Virus record (IMG/VR): IMGVR_UViG_3300044701_001985
Origin: an uncultured virus (IMG/VR IMGVR_UViG_3300044701_001985)
Taxonomy: Duplodnaviria > Heunggongvirae > Uroviricota > Caudoviricetes
Length of the DNA stretch: 64,000 nucleotides
Reading direction: 5' to 3' (one strand)
The notes beneath the pieces were generated by a model. The model was not told where the DNA came from. It ran no database searches and saw only the letters and a program-made list of their open reading frames with translations. Both the position numbers and the translations under genes were made by a program. The stretch's first letter is position 1, and every line of letters begins with the position of its first letter. Positions 1-9,787 of the stretch are shown one piece after another.

Positions 1-789
1 ACAGAAATAAGAGTTGGTAGAGATGATTGGAATGGTGAAAAGTTTGATGGTAATGGTTGGACTGGTGTAGTCGCAGACCCAACAAAACAACAGATGATTT
101 CTATAAGTTATGAGTGGTATGGTGCTGGAACGGTAAATTTTGAATGGTTAATGAAAGGTGAAACCATTAAAAGTCATACTTTTGATAACTCAAACACTCA
201 AGATAGAGTTTGGTGTTCTACTCCATTCCTTCCCATTCGTCTTGAGATAGAAAATGTAACTGGTGTTGCAGGAACTCATTATCTTTATCAAGGTTCCAAT
301 TCTCTTATTCAGGAAGGAGAACCAGAGAAACTTGGAACTCTTTTGAGTATATCAAATCCCATCACAGGGACAACGATGGCATCTGCAAATACATATTATC
401 CAATTATAAGCATTCGTTTAAAATCTAATAATCTAACTGGTGTAATGCTTTTGAGATCATTACAGGCAGCAACTGATGATAATACGAATGTTTATTGGCA
501 ACTTCTACAAAATGCAACACTGACTGGAGGAACTTGGTTGGATCATCCCGATCCAAACTCCTTTATGCAGTATAATATCACTCAAACCGCAGTATCTGGT
601 GGAAGTGATCTTTTGAGTGGTTTTGTAATTAATGGTAGTGGTGCGTTAGTTGATCTTGATATTAAAGCAGCACTTCAGTTAGGTAGAAGTGGTATTGGAA
701 CAATTAGTGATACTTATACACTTGTTTGTGCAAGTCCAAACACCAACAAAAAAGCACTTGCGGTATTGAACTGGATTGAACAAAGGTAA
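1..789 (+). CDS. 5'-truncated probable virion structural protein
   Basis: Frame is open from base 1 into the ORF at 94; G/T/N/S-rich composition; lies just upstream of terminase. Confidence 0.55.
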   Translation, partial: TEIRVGRDDWNGEKFDGNGWTGVVADPTKQQMISISYEWYGAGTVNFEWLMKGETIKSHTFDNSNTQDRVWCSTPFLPIRLEIENVTGVAGTHYLYQGSNSLIQEGEPEKLGTLLSISNPITGTTMASANTYYPIISIRLKSNNLTGVMLLRSLQAATDDNTNVYWQLLQNATLTGGTWLDHPDPNSFMQYNITQTAVSGGSDLLSGFVINGSGALVDLDIKAALQLGRSGIGTISDTYTLVCASPNTNKKALAVLNWIEQR

Positions 790-794
790 TTTTT

Positions 795-2441
795 ATGACT
801 GATAGTGTATATCTTGGTAATCCAAATTTAAAGAAGGCAAATACTCAAATTGAATTTACTCAAGATCAAATTCTTGAGTTCGTAAAATGTCAGGAAGATC
901 CGGTATATTTTGCTAAAAATTATGTAAAGATTGTAAGCCTTGATGAGGGGTTAACACAGTTTGAGCCATATCATTTCCAAGAAAAATTAATCAACAATTT
1001 CCACAAAAATAGATTTAACATCTGCAAAATGCCTAGGCAGACTGGTAAATCTACCACTGTTGTTTCGTATCTTTTACATTATCTTATTTTCAACGATAGT
1101 GTAAATATTGGTATTCTTGCTAACAAAGCGGCAACTGCTAGAGAATTGTTAAGTAGGTTAGCAACTGCCTACGAAAACTTACCAAAATGGATGCAACAGG
1201 GTATAATAGCATGGAATAAAGGAAACATTGAACTAGAAAATGGATCAAAGATTCTGGCTGCTTCTACGTCTGCAAGTGCTGTCCGAGGCATGTCGTTCAA
1301 TATCCTCTTTCTCGATGAGTTCGCTTTCGTTCCAAACCATATCGCAGATTCCTTCTTTGCATCTGTTTATCCTACTATTACTTCCGGTAAAAACACGAAA
1401 GTAATTATCGTATCAACTCCACATGGTATGAATCATTTCTACCGAATGTGGCATGATGCAGAAAAAGGTAAAAATGAATATGTACCAACTGATGTTCATT
1501 GGTCGGAAGTTCCTGGAAGAGATGAGGAATGGAAAAAACAAACCATTGCAAACACATCCGATCAACAATTCAAAATCGAATTTGAGTGTGAATTTTTAGG
1601 ATCCGTCGATACTCTTATTTCACCAAGTAAATTAAAAAGTTTTGTTTACGAAGATCCAATCAAAAAAAGTGCGGGATTGGATGTATACGAACCAGTAATA
1701 GAAAACCACGATTATATAATTACAGTGGATGTCGCTAGAGGAGTTAGTGAAGATTACTCCGCATTTGTAGTTGTAGATATAACACAATTTCCTCATAGAA
1801 TTGTAGCAAAATACAGGAATAATGAAATTAAACCTATGTTATTCCCAAATATAATTTGGGAAGTTGCAAAGAATTATAATAGTGCGTATATTCTCTGTGA
1901 GGTCAATGATATAGGCGATCAGGTAGCGTCATTATTACATTACGATCTAGAGTATCAAAATGTACTAATGTGCTCTATGAGAGGGCGTGCTGGGCAGATT
2001 GTAGGACAAGGTTTCTCTGGGAAGAAGACTCAACTTGGAGTAAAGATGTCCAAAACTGTAAAAAAAGTCGGTGCTTTAAATCTTAAAGCAATGATTGAGA
2101 GTGATAAGTTACTCTTTAAAGATTATGAAATAATATCAGAACTTACGACTTTCATTTCAAAGCATAATTCATTTGAAGCAGAAGAGGGTTGTAATGATGA
2201 CTTAGCGATGTGTCTAGTCATCTATGCTTGGTTAGTTGCACAAGAGTATTTTAAGGAACTTACAGATCAAGATATCAGAAAGCGTTTGTATGAAGAACAA
2301 AAAAATCAGATAGAGCAAGATATGTCTCCATTTGGTTTTATAGTTGATGGGTTAGATTCTGAGAGTTTTGTTGATTCTAGTGGAGATAGATGGTTTACGG
2401 ATGAATATGGAGATATGTCTTATATGTGGGAGTACAAATAA
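795..2441 (+). CDS. gp17: Terminase large subunit
   Basis: MPRQTGKSTT Walker A, LFLDEFAF Walker B, VDVARG and NDDLAM nuclease motifs. Confidence 0.97.
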   Translation: MTDSVYLGNPNLKKANTQIEFTQDQILEFVKCQEDPVYFAKNYVKIVSLDEGLTQFEPYHFQEKLINNFHKNRFNICKMPRQTGKSTTVVSYLLHYLIFNDSVNIGILANKAATARELLSRLATAYENLPKWMQQGIIAWNKGNIELENGSKILAASTSASAVRGMSFNILFLDEFAFVPNHIADSFFASVYPTITSGKNTKVIIVSTPHGMNHFYRMWHDAEKGKNEYVPTDVHWSEVPGRDEEWKKQTIANTSDQQFKIEFECEFLGSVDTLISPSKLKSFVYEDPIKKSAGLDVYEPVIENHDYIITVDVARGVSEDYSAFVVVDITQFPHRIVAKYRNNEIKPMLFPNIIWEVAKNYNSAYILCEVNDIGDQVASLLHYDLEYQNVLMCSMRGRAGQIVGQGFSGKKTQLGVKMSKTVKKVGALNLKAMIESDKLLFKDYEIISELTTFISKHNSFEAEEGCNDDLAMCLVIYAWLVAQEYFKELTDQDIRKRLYEEQKNQIEQDMSPFGFIVDGLDSESFVDSSGDRWFTDEYGDMSYMWEYK

Positions 2442-2671
2442 TGGACTTAGATAATCAGGTAAAGTTTGGACATCTTTTATTATACGATAGAGAATGCAGG
2501 GTATGTGGAGAAATAAAAAACCTTATAGACTGTTTCTATAGAACACGCAAAGATAGAGGAGCAGTTGCATCATCATTTTCCTACGAATGTAAAGATTGTA
2601 CAATAAACAGAGTTTTGAGAAAAAGAAAGACATCTAATTTAGGATATATGTGGGAATATCCTGATTGGTAG
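2441..2671 (+). CDS. Small Zn-finger protein (CxxC...CxxC)
   Basis: CRVC and CKDC pairs; ATG at 2441 overlaps the gp17 stop. Confidence 0.65.
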   Translation: MDLDNQVKFGHLLLYDRECRVCGEIKNLIDCFYRTRKDRGAVASSFSYECKDCTINRVLRKRKTSNLGYMWEYPDW

Positions 2672-2712
2672 TATGTTTACGCACATTTTCCCCCGCGTAA
2701 AGTGATTTTTTA

Positions 2713-2719
2713 ATAAATA
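2713..2719 (+). promoter_or_regulatory. T4-type late promoter (ATAAATA)
   Basis: ATAAATA about 35 nt upstream of gp18; the motif recurs before gp20, gp22 and other late genes. Confidence 0.7.
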
Positions 2720-2754
2720 TTTTTTAGATAATCTGAAACTATCAGGAGAAAAAC

Positions 2755-4974
2755 ATGGCGACTCCTCAATTATCTCCCGGTGTACTTACTAGGGAAGTTG
2801 ATTTAACAGTTGGGAGAGCTGAAAATATTTTAGATAATATTGGTGCTATTGCAGGCCCCTTTCCCATCGGTCCAGTTGAAGTACCAATAGACATCAACAC
2901 CGAACAAGAATTAATTAATATTTTTGGAAAACCAAAAAATGAAGATGGACAGTATGAGTATTGGCTCACAGCATCTTCATTCTTATCATACGGTGGTGTT
3001 CTTAAGGTTGTAAGATGTGCTGGTGATGAACTAAACAATGCTAACGCAGGATTTGATGTATCTGCCTCAAATGATCTAAAAATTTACAACTACGATGATT
3101 ATGATGATAATCACTCCGATGATTCTGTAACTTTTGCCTATGCAGCAAAAAATCCAGGAGTCTGGGCAAATGGTCTAAAGGTTTGTTTAATTGATGATAA
3201 AGCAGATCAAATAATCGGAATTGCAACAACTAATCCATCTGCACTTGGAGCAGTAATTGGATATGGTGTTACAGTCGGTATAAACAGCGTTTCAGCTGGA
3301 TCAGGAAGCACCTCAGTATTTAATGGTTACCTTAAAGGAATAATTACTGGTGTTACAACAGATGCTTCTACCGGAGCAAGTAAAGTTGACGTTAAGATCG
3401 TTTCCCTTGCTAGCACCACTGGGGTGGAAACACCAATAACATATTCTGAAAATGATAGACTATCTTCCATAGTTAGACTTGATACTTTAACATTCGTAAA
3501 TAACTCTGGAACCAACGTAAACACATCGCAGGCAACATCGGTCGCTGATTGGTATGATTCGCAAACTCTTGGATTAGTTAATAGCACAATTTATTGGAAA
3601 TCAATTGCACCAAAACCAATTTCTAATGGATATTCGTTAGATAGAAGTTCAAAAAATGACGCGCTACATATTGCGATTTTTGATGATGAAGGAAAGATCA
3701 CAGGAATTCAAGGAAATCTTCTAGAAAAGCATGTAAATCTTTCGAAGGCAACTGATTCAATTTCCGCAATCAATTCTCCACAGAAGATCTGGTGGAAGAA
3801 TTATCTAGCTAACTTCTCAGATTATATTTTTGCTGGCGCTAATCCTTCAGATGAATATGATTCTCAAAATGGTACTACACCTGTTGCTACTGGATTTACA
3901 ACATATTCTGGTGTAAAATCAGAATCATTTAGTCCAATTTCAATTGCTGATGGCATTTGGAACCAAGAAACTCAGGGTGTTACATTCAGTGCTATTGGAA
4001 ATGTTACATATACCCTAACAAATGGTAACAACTACAATTCTGCTAATAATGGTTATTCCGTTGAATTGGGTGATGTAATTTCAGCATATAGTCTCTTCTC
4101 AAACAAGGATGAAATCGAAGTTGACTTCATTCTAAATGGTCCTGGTTTTGGAACTTTAGAAGAATCACAAGCAAAAGCAAATTATGTGATGTCCATCGCA
4201 AATCAGAGAAAAGATTGCGTTGCTTGCATTTCTCCACACAGAGGAGCAGATGGAAAGGGTATTATTGGTATCACAAATTCCGATACTCAAACCGACAACT
4301 TAATTAGATTCTTTAGTCCACTTCCTTCTTCATCATACGCAGTATTTGATACTGGTTATAAGTACATGTATGATAGATTTAATAATCAATTCAGATATAT
4401 CCCATGTAATGGTGATGTTGGCGGAATGATGGTTAGAACAAACTTAGTTGCATATCCATGGTTCTCACCTGCTGGTCAGCAAAGAGGAATTTTAAACAAT
4501 GCAATTAAACTAGCATACAACCCAAATAAAGCACAAAGAGATCAACTCTATCCAAGAAGAATTAACGCAATTGTTAATCAACCAGGAATTGGAATTCTTC
4601 TCTTTGGTGATAAAACTGCTCTTGGATATTCTTCAGCATTCGACAGAATTAACGTTCGTCGTTTATTCCTGACGGTTGAGCAAGCATTACAAAAAGCAGC
4701 AGAAGCTCAGTTATTCGAACTTAATGATCAAATCACCAGAGCTAATTTCGTTAACATTGTAGAACCTTATCTTAGAGATATTCAAGCTAAGAGAGGAGTC
4801 TATGACTTCCTGGTTATTTGTGATGAAACCAATAACACTCCCGATGTTATTGATAACAATGAATTTAGAGCAGACATCTTCCTAAAACCAGCCAAGTCAA
4901 TTAACTTCGTAACACTAACTTTCGTAGCAACCCGTACAGGTGTAAGCTTCGAAGAAGTGGCTGGAAGAGTTTGA
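2755..4974 (+). CDS. gp18: Tail sheath protein
   Basis: SPGVLTREVDLT N-terminus, PWFSPAG, FDRINVRRLF, IFLKPAKSINFV. Confidence 0.97.
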   Translation: MATPQLSPGVLTREVDLTVGRAENILDNIGAIAGPFPIGPVEVPIDINTEQELINIFGKPKNEDGQYEYWLTASSFLSYGGVLKVVRCAGDELNNANAGFDVSASNDLKIYNYDDYDDNHSDDSVTFAYAAKNPGVWANGLKVCLIDDKADQIIGIATTNPSALGAVIGYGVTVGINSVSAGSGSTSVFNGYLKGIITGVTTDASTGASKVDVKIVSLASTTGVETPITYSENDRLSSIVRLDTLTFVNNSGTNVNTSQATSVADWYDSQTLGLVNSTIYWKSIAPKPISNGYSLDRSSKNDALHIAIFDDEGKITGIQGNLLEKHVNLSKATDSISAINSPQKIWWKNYLANFSDYIFAGANPSDEYDSQNGTTPVATGFTTYSGVKSESFSPISIADGIWNQETQGVTFSAIGNVTYTLTNGNNYNSANNGYSVELGDVISAYSLFSNKDEIEVDFILNGPGFGTLEESQAKANYVMSIANQRKDCVACISPHRGADGKGIIGITNSDTQTDNLIRFFSPLPSSSYAVFDTGYKYMYDRFNNQFRYIPCNGDVGGMMVRTNLVAYPWFSPAGQQRGILNNAIKLAYNPNKAQRDQLYPRRINAIVNQPGIGILLFGDKTALGYSSAFDRINVRRLFLTVEQALQKAAEAQLFELNDQITRANFVNIVEPYLRDIQAKRGVYDFLVICDETNNTPDVIDNNEFRADIFLKPAKSINFVTLTFVATRTGVSFEEVAGRV

Positions 4975-5009
4975 TTATTATTTTAACTTAAAAAGGGAGG
5001 ACTACTAAA

Positions 5010-5675
5010 ATGTCTACTTTAAGAACTATCACAGATTTCAAATCAAAATTAGCAGGTGGCGGCGCTAGACCCAATCTATTTGAAGTAAATATTCCTTCAT
5101 TCCCAGCCGCTGCTACAAACTCTGGTGCAACTTGGGCAACTGGTGCTAATGGAGAAGCAGAAGCTTTCAATTTCTTATGCAAAGCAGCTGCTCTTCCAGC
5201 ATCAAACATTGCTCCAATTGATGTTCCATTTAGAGGAAGAATCCTCAAGGTTGCTGGAGACAGAACCTTCGATACATGGACTGTTACCATTATCAATGAC
5301 GAAGATTTCAAACTGAGATCTGCGTTCGAACTTTGGATGAATTCCATCAGCAAGTTAGATAATAACACTGGTGCAACAAATCCAACTTCATATATGACAA
5401 ATGCTGTTGTTCATCAACTCGGTAGAGGTGCTAGCAACAGAATGGACAATTCAAACCAAAACTATGATTTAGTCGGTGGTTCTGGTATTACTCCACTGAG
5501 AACATATCTATTCTATGATGTATTCCCAACAAATGTATCTCAGATTGATCTATCATATGATTCATCCGATACCATCGAAGAATACACTGTAGAGTTCCAA
5601 GTTCAATACTGGACTGCTGGATCTCAGCAAACCAGTGGTGGTGCTACCGATCAAACTGGAGTTGCTATTGTTTAA
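5010..5675 (+). CDS. gp19: Tail tube protein
   Basis: GARPNLFEV, FRGRILKVAGDRTFDTWTVT; follows gp18. Confidence 0.96.
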   Translation: MSTLRTITDFKSKLAGGGARPNLFEVNIPSFPAAATNSGATWATGANGEAEAFNFLCKAAALPASNIAPIDVPFRGRILKVAGDRTFDTWTVTIINDEDFKLRSAFELWMNSISKLDNNTGATNPTSYMTNAVVHQLGRGASNRMDNSNQNYDLVGGSGITPLRTYLFYDVFPTNVSQIDLSYDSSDTIEEYTVEFQVQYWTAGSQQTSGGATDQTGVAIV

Positions 5676-5681
5676 TAAATA
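5675..5681 (+). promoter_or_regulatory. Late promoter (ATAAATA)
   Basis: Motif upstream of the portal gene. Confidence 0.65.
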
Positions 5682-5707
5682 GTATTAATCTAGTTTACAC
5701 TTTAATA

Positions 5708-7354
5708 ATGGCTAAATTATTTGGTTTTTCAATAGAAGATAATAACAAAAAATCACCATCTACAGTTTCCCCCGTTCCTCAAAATAATGAGGACGGGGTT
5801 GACCATTATTTAACCAGTGGATTTTTTGGTTCTTATGTAGATATTGAAGGTGTTTATAGAACAGAATTTGATCTAATTAAAAGATATAGGGAAATGGCAC
5901 TTCACCCAGAGGTGGATAGTGCAATCGAAGATATTGTAAATGAAGCTATTGTTTCCGATACAAATGATGTTCCCGTTCAGATTGAATTATCAAATTTAAA
6001 TGCTAGTGATGGTATAAAAAAGAAAATAAGAGAAGAATTTAAACACATATTAGACTTATTAGATTTTGATAAAAAATCACATGAGATCTATAGAAATTGG
6101 TATATTGATGGAAGACTTTATTATCATAAAGTAATAGATTTAAAAAATCCACAAGACGGAATTCAAGAACTTAGATATATTGACGCATTAAAAATGCGTT
6201 ATGTTAGACAGCAAAGAAAAGATAAGAAAAATGATGGATTAGTTAGAAGAAATTCTGACGAAGAATCATTTACATTTCCAGAAATAGATGAATATTTTAT
6301 ATACAATTCAAAGGGAAGTAATAATGCAGGATCTCAATTAACAAGCAATACTTCATCATCAAGTGCCGGTGTAAAATTTTCTAGAGATTCAATTACCTAC
6401 TGCACTTCTGGTCTAGTGGATAGAAATAAGGGGACAGTTCTCTCATATCTCCACAAAGCAATTAAGTCACTAAATCAACTTCGTATGATTGAAGACTCAC
6501 TTGTTATCTATAGATTGTCTCGTGCTCCGGAACGTAGAATTTTCTATATCGACGTAGGCAATTTACCTAAGGTAAAAGCAGAACAATATCTTCGTGATGT
6601 TATGATGCGTTATCGCAATAAACTTGTATATGATGCATCAACTGGAGAAATTCGTGATGATAAGAAATATATGAGTATGCTTGAGGACTTCTGGCTTCCT
6701 CGCCGTGAAGGTGGTAGAGGAACTGAAATCACTACACTACCAGGCGGTCAAAATCTTGGAGAAATTACAGATATTGAGTATTTTAAAAAGAAATTATATC
6801 GCTCTCTCAATGTACCACCATCAAGAATGGACGGAGAAGGTGGATTTAATTTAGGTCGTTCTTCAGAAATTTTGAGAGATGAATTGAAGTTCACCAAGTT
6901 TGTTGGACGTTTGAGAAAGAGATTCTCAAATATGTTCAATGATATGCTCAAGACTCAACTTATTTTAAAAAACATTGTTACTCCAGAAGATTGGGAAACC
7001 ATGGAGCAGCATATTCAGTATGATTTTCTATACGATAATCATTTCTCAGAACTAAAAGAAGCTGAGTTGATGACTGAACGATTGAATATGGTTGCTACTG
7101 CAGAACCATACATTGGTAAATATTATTCTCAAGATTACGTTCGTCGCAAAATTCTTCGCCAAACTGATGAAGAAATTATCGAACAGGATATTCTAATTCA
7201 ACAAGAAATTGAAGCTGGAATTATTCCAGATCCAAATGCTCCTGTTGATCCCGAAACTGGACAACCAATTGGAGATTCTATCGATGGTGCATCTGGAGAA
7301 GTTCCCATTGAACCAGAAATAGATGCCTCAGATGTAGAAGCATCCGAGATATAA
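5708..7354 (+). CDS. gp20: Portal protein
   Basis: YRLSRAPERRIFYIDVGNLP, EDFWLPRREGGRGTEITTLPGG. Confidence 0.98.
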   Translation: MAKLFGFSIEDNNKKSPSTVSPVPQNNEDGVDHYLTSGFFGSYVDIEGVYRTEFDLIKRYREMALHPEVDSAIEDIVNEAIVSDTNDVPVQIELSNLNASDGIKKKIREEFKHILDLLDFDKKSHEIYRNWYIDGRLYYHKVIDLKNPQDGIQELRYIDALKMRYVRQQRKDKKNDGLVRRNSDEESFTFPEIDEYFIYNSKGSNNAGSQLTSNTSSSSAGVKFSRDSITYCTSGLVDRNKGTVLSYLHKAIKSLNQLRMIEDSLVIYRLSRAPERRIFYIDVGNLPKVKAEQYLRDVMMRYRNKLVYDASTGEIRDDKKYMSMLEDFWLPRREGGRGTEITTLPGGQNLGEITDIEYFKKKLYRSLNVPPSRMDGEGGFNLGRSSEILRDELKFTKFVGRLRKRFSNMFNDMLKTQLILKNIVTPEDWETMEQHIQYDFLYDNHFSELKEAELMTERLNMVATAEPYIGKYYSQDYVRRKILRQTDEEIIEQDILIQQEIEAGIIPDPNAPVDPETGQPIGDSIDGASGEVPIEPEIDASDVEASEI

Positions 7355-7383
7355 ATAAGTAATTGAAATTGATTCAAAAATTT

Positions 7384-7554
7384 ATGGAAGATCTAATAAA
7401 CATGATTATGTCTGACGAAGCACCTTCAGAAATTAGTGATAAAATTAAAGATATTTTATATACAAAATCTTCAGAAAAAATTGATGATCTAAGACCTACA
7501 GTAGCATCTGTAGTTTTTGGGTTAGAAGATGAATCTGAAGAAGACGCGGAATAA
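7384..7554 (+). CDS. Small acidic protein at the prohead-core (gp67/gp68) position
   Basis: ATG at 7384 after ATAAATA; acidic tail; sits between gp20 and gp21. Confidence 0.6.
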   Translation: MEDLINMIMSDEAPSEISDKIKDILYTKSSEKIDDLRPTVASVVFGLEDESEEDAE

Positions 7555-7585
7555 TAAATAACTATTATAGGACTTTATTATAACA

Positions 7586-7855
7586 ATGCAAAGAACAAAA
7601 ATAATTGCAACAGAAGTTGCAATGCCTACAACTGCAGGTGCCGCTTCTAGTATTAGTGAAGCAACCTGTGTAAGATTATATAATGGTTCAGGAGCAGCAG
7701 CTACGGTAAGCATCTCAACTGCTGTCGGTGCTGCAACTACCAATACATTTACATTGGCAACCGGGTCAGTTGAATTCCTTCAAAAGGCTTCAACTGATGT
7801 AATCTTTGCATCTGCTGGAACAGTATTAGCCGCTAAAGTAGGACTCACCAACTAA
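7586..7855 (+). CDS. Small A/T-rich hypothetical, likely virion-associated
   Basis: ATAAATA and AGGA upstream; within the head cluster. Confidence 0.6.
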   Translation: MQRTKIIATEVAMPTTAGAASSISEATCVRLYNGSGAAATVSISTAVGAATTNTFTLATGSVEFLQKASTDVIFASAGTVLAAKVGLTN

Positions 7856-7860
7856 GAACC

Positions 7861-8511
7861 ATGAAACTAATCAGAGAAGAAATAGAATCAGTAAATTTTA
7901 TTACTGAAGAAAATAACGGAAAAAAATCATTGTACATAGAAGGGGTTTTCTTACAGGGAAATATAAAGAACCGAAATGGTCGCATGTATCCAATGGAAAC
8001 TCTTAGACGTGAAGTTGGTAGATATAATGAAGCACATGTTCAAGCAGGAAGAGCTCTTGGTGAGTTGGGACACCCTGATGGTCCTACTGTTAATTTAGAT
8101 AGAGTTTCTCATAAAATTGTTTCATTGAAAGAAAGTGGAAATAATTTTATTGGTAAAGCAAAGATTCTTTCAACCCCAATGGGTAAAATTGCAGAATCTC
8201 TTATTAGCGAAGGAGTAAAACTAGGCGTTTCTTCTCGTGGTATTGGGTCATTAAAACCAACAAGAGAAGGATTCAATGTTGTTGGTGATGACTTTATGCT
8301 TGCGACTGCTGCAGATATTGTAGCAGATCCTTCCGCTCCAGATGCTTTTGTTGAAGGAATTATGGAAGGAAAAGAATGGGTATGGGATGGTGGTATTCTT
8401 CGTGAAAAACTTGCAGAGCAAACTAAGCGTAGAATCAACACTTTAGTTGATCAAAAAAGACTAGAAGAACATAAGTTAGACTTATTCAATAATTTTCTAA
8501 ATAGTCTTTAA
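7861..8511 (+). CDS. gp21: Prohead protease
   Basis: NRNGRMYP, ALGELGHP, LGVSSRGIGS, DIVADPSAPDA. Confidence 0.97.
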   Translation: MKLIREEIESVNFITEENNGKKSLYIEGVFLQGNIKNRNGRMYPMETLRREVGRYNEAHVQAGRALGELGHPDGPTVNLDRVSHKIVSLKESGNNFIGKAKILSTPMGKIAESLISEGVKLGVSSRGIGSLKPTREGFNVVGDDFMLATAADIVADPSAPDAFVEGIMEGKEWVWDGGILREKLAEQTKRRINTLVDQKRLEEHKLDLFNNFLNSL

Positions 8512-8568
8512 AATTATATTTTAATAAATAAATATAGATTAAATTTCAAGGTTAATCGGAGAGTTCAA

Positions 8569-9735
8569 ATGTCTCGTGGTAACAATTTACAAGAAATGGA
8601 AGCAGGCACTAAGCAATCCAGAACCGCTGTTAACAGTGGAGCTTCAGCTGCTGATCCAATGGGCAAACTAACAACAGGAATCCCTGATGGTCAAACTGGC
8701 GGTTGGGAAGATCTGGGTGGCCCAACACCAGAAAATTATAAGTCTGATGATGATTCATCAAAATTAAAAACTCCTGGTGCTACTCTTAAGCAAGTTAAGA
8801 ATGTAGTAAACAAAGGAGCTGGTGCTGCTGATGGAATGAAGACCCTCAATAAGTCTTCTGCTGTGAAGGAAGAAGAGGAGCTTGATGACGAAGTTATTAC
8901 TGAAGAAGATGATGAGGAAGTTACCGCAGAGGTAGAAGAAGCAGAAGCAGAAGAAGAGGAAGAAGTTGCTGCAGAGGAAGAAGTAGAAGAAACCATTGAG
9001 TATGAAATTGAAGAAGATCTCAATGCACTACTGAATATTGATACCGAAGTAGAACTTTCAGAAGAGTTCAAAGAAAAGGCAAAGACAATCTTTGAGTCAG
9101 CTATCAATTCTAAAGTTTCTGAAATCACCTCTTCATTGGAAGAGCAATATTCGATTGCTCTCCAAGAAGAAGTTGAAGAAATTAGATCAGCTCTTACTGA
9201 AAGAGTTGATTCTTATCTTGAATATGTTTCTGGCGAGTGGATCGATGAAAATAAACTCGCTGTTGAAAATGGTCTGAAGGAAGAGTTAACCGAATCCTTC
9301 ATGACTGGTCTCAAGGACCTTTTTGAAGCACATTATGTATCAATCCCTGAAGATAAATATAATGTTCTAGAGAGCATGGTAGAAAAACTTGATGAAATGG
9401 AGACAAAACTCAACGAGCAAATTGAGAAAAACGTTTCCCTAAACAAGCGTCTCGCAGAGGCGGTTGCAGATGGAATCTTTGATCAGGTTTCCGAGGGTCT
9501 AGCAGACACTCAGAAAGAAAAGCTCGCTTCACTTGCCGAAAGTGTTGAGTTTGAAAGTGAGGAAGAATATCGTGAAAAACTGGAAACATTGAGAGAATCA
9601 TATTTCTCATCAAGATCAGTTTCTCAAACAGCAAAATCTGAAACCCTATCTGAGGGTGTAGACAGAGCTCCTGAATCATATTCAGGTAACATGGCTGCTT
9701 ACCTAAAGACACTTTCAGCATTTCGCCAAGGCTGA
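8569..9735 (+). CDS. gp22: Prohead core scaffolding protein
   Basis: E-rich coiled coil, AKTIFESA, VDSYLEYV; between gp21 and gp23. Confidence 0.93.
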   Translation: MSRGNNLQEMEAGTKQSRTAVNSGASAADPMGKLTTGIPDGQTGGWEDLGGPTPENYKSDDDSSKLKTPGATLKQVKNVVNKGAGAADGMKTLNKSSAVKEEEELDDEVITEEDDEEVTAEVEEAEAEEEEEVAAEEEVEETIEYEIEEDLNALLNIDTEVELSEEFKEKAKTIFESAINSKVSEITSSLEEQYSIALQEEVEEIRSALTERVDSYLEYVSGEWIDENKLAVENGLKEELTESFMTGLKDLFEAHYVSIPEDKYNVLESMVEKLDEMETKLNEQIEKNVSLNKRLAEAVADGIFDQVSEGLADTQKEKLASLAESVEFESEEEYREKLETLRESYFSSRSVSQTAKSETLSEGVDRAPESYSGNMAAYLKTLSAFRQG

Positions 9736-9787
9736 ATTTAATATTAATCAAACGTAAACAAACACACTTTTTAAGAGGTAAACGCAA

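Noticed and set aside
8866..9020. GAA/GAG-rich tract as a repeat element
   Set aside because: Encodes the normal acidic linker of the gp22 scaffold
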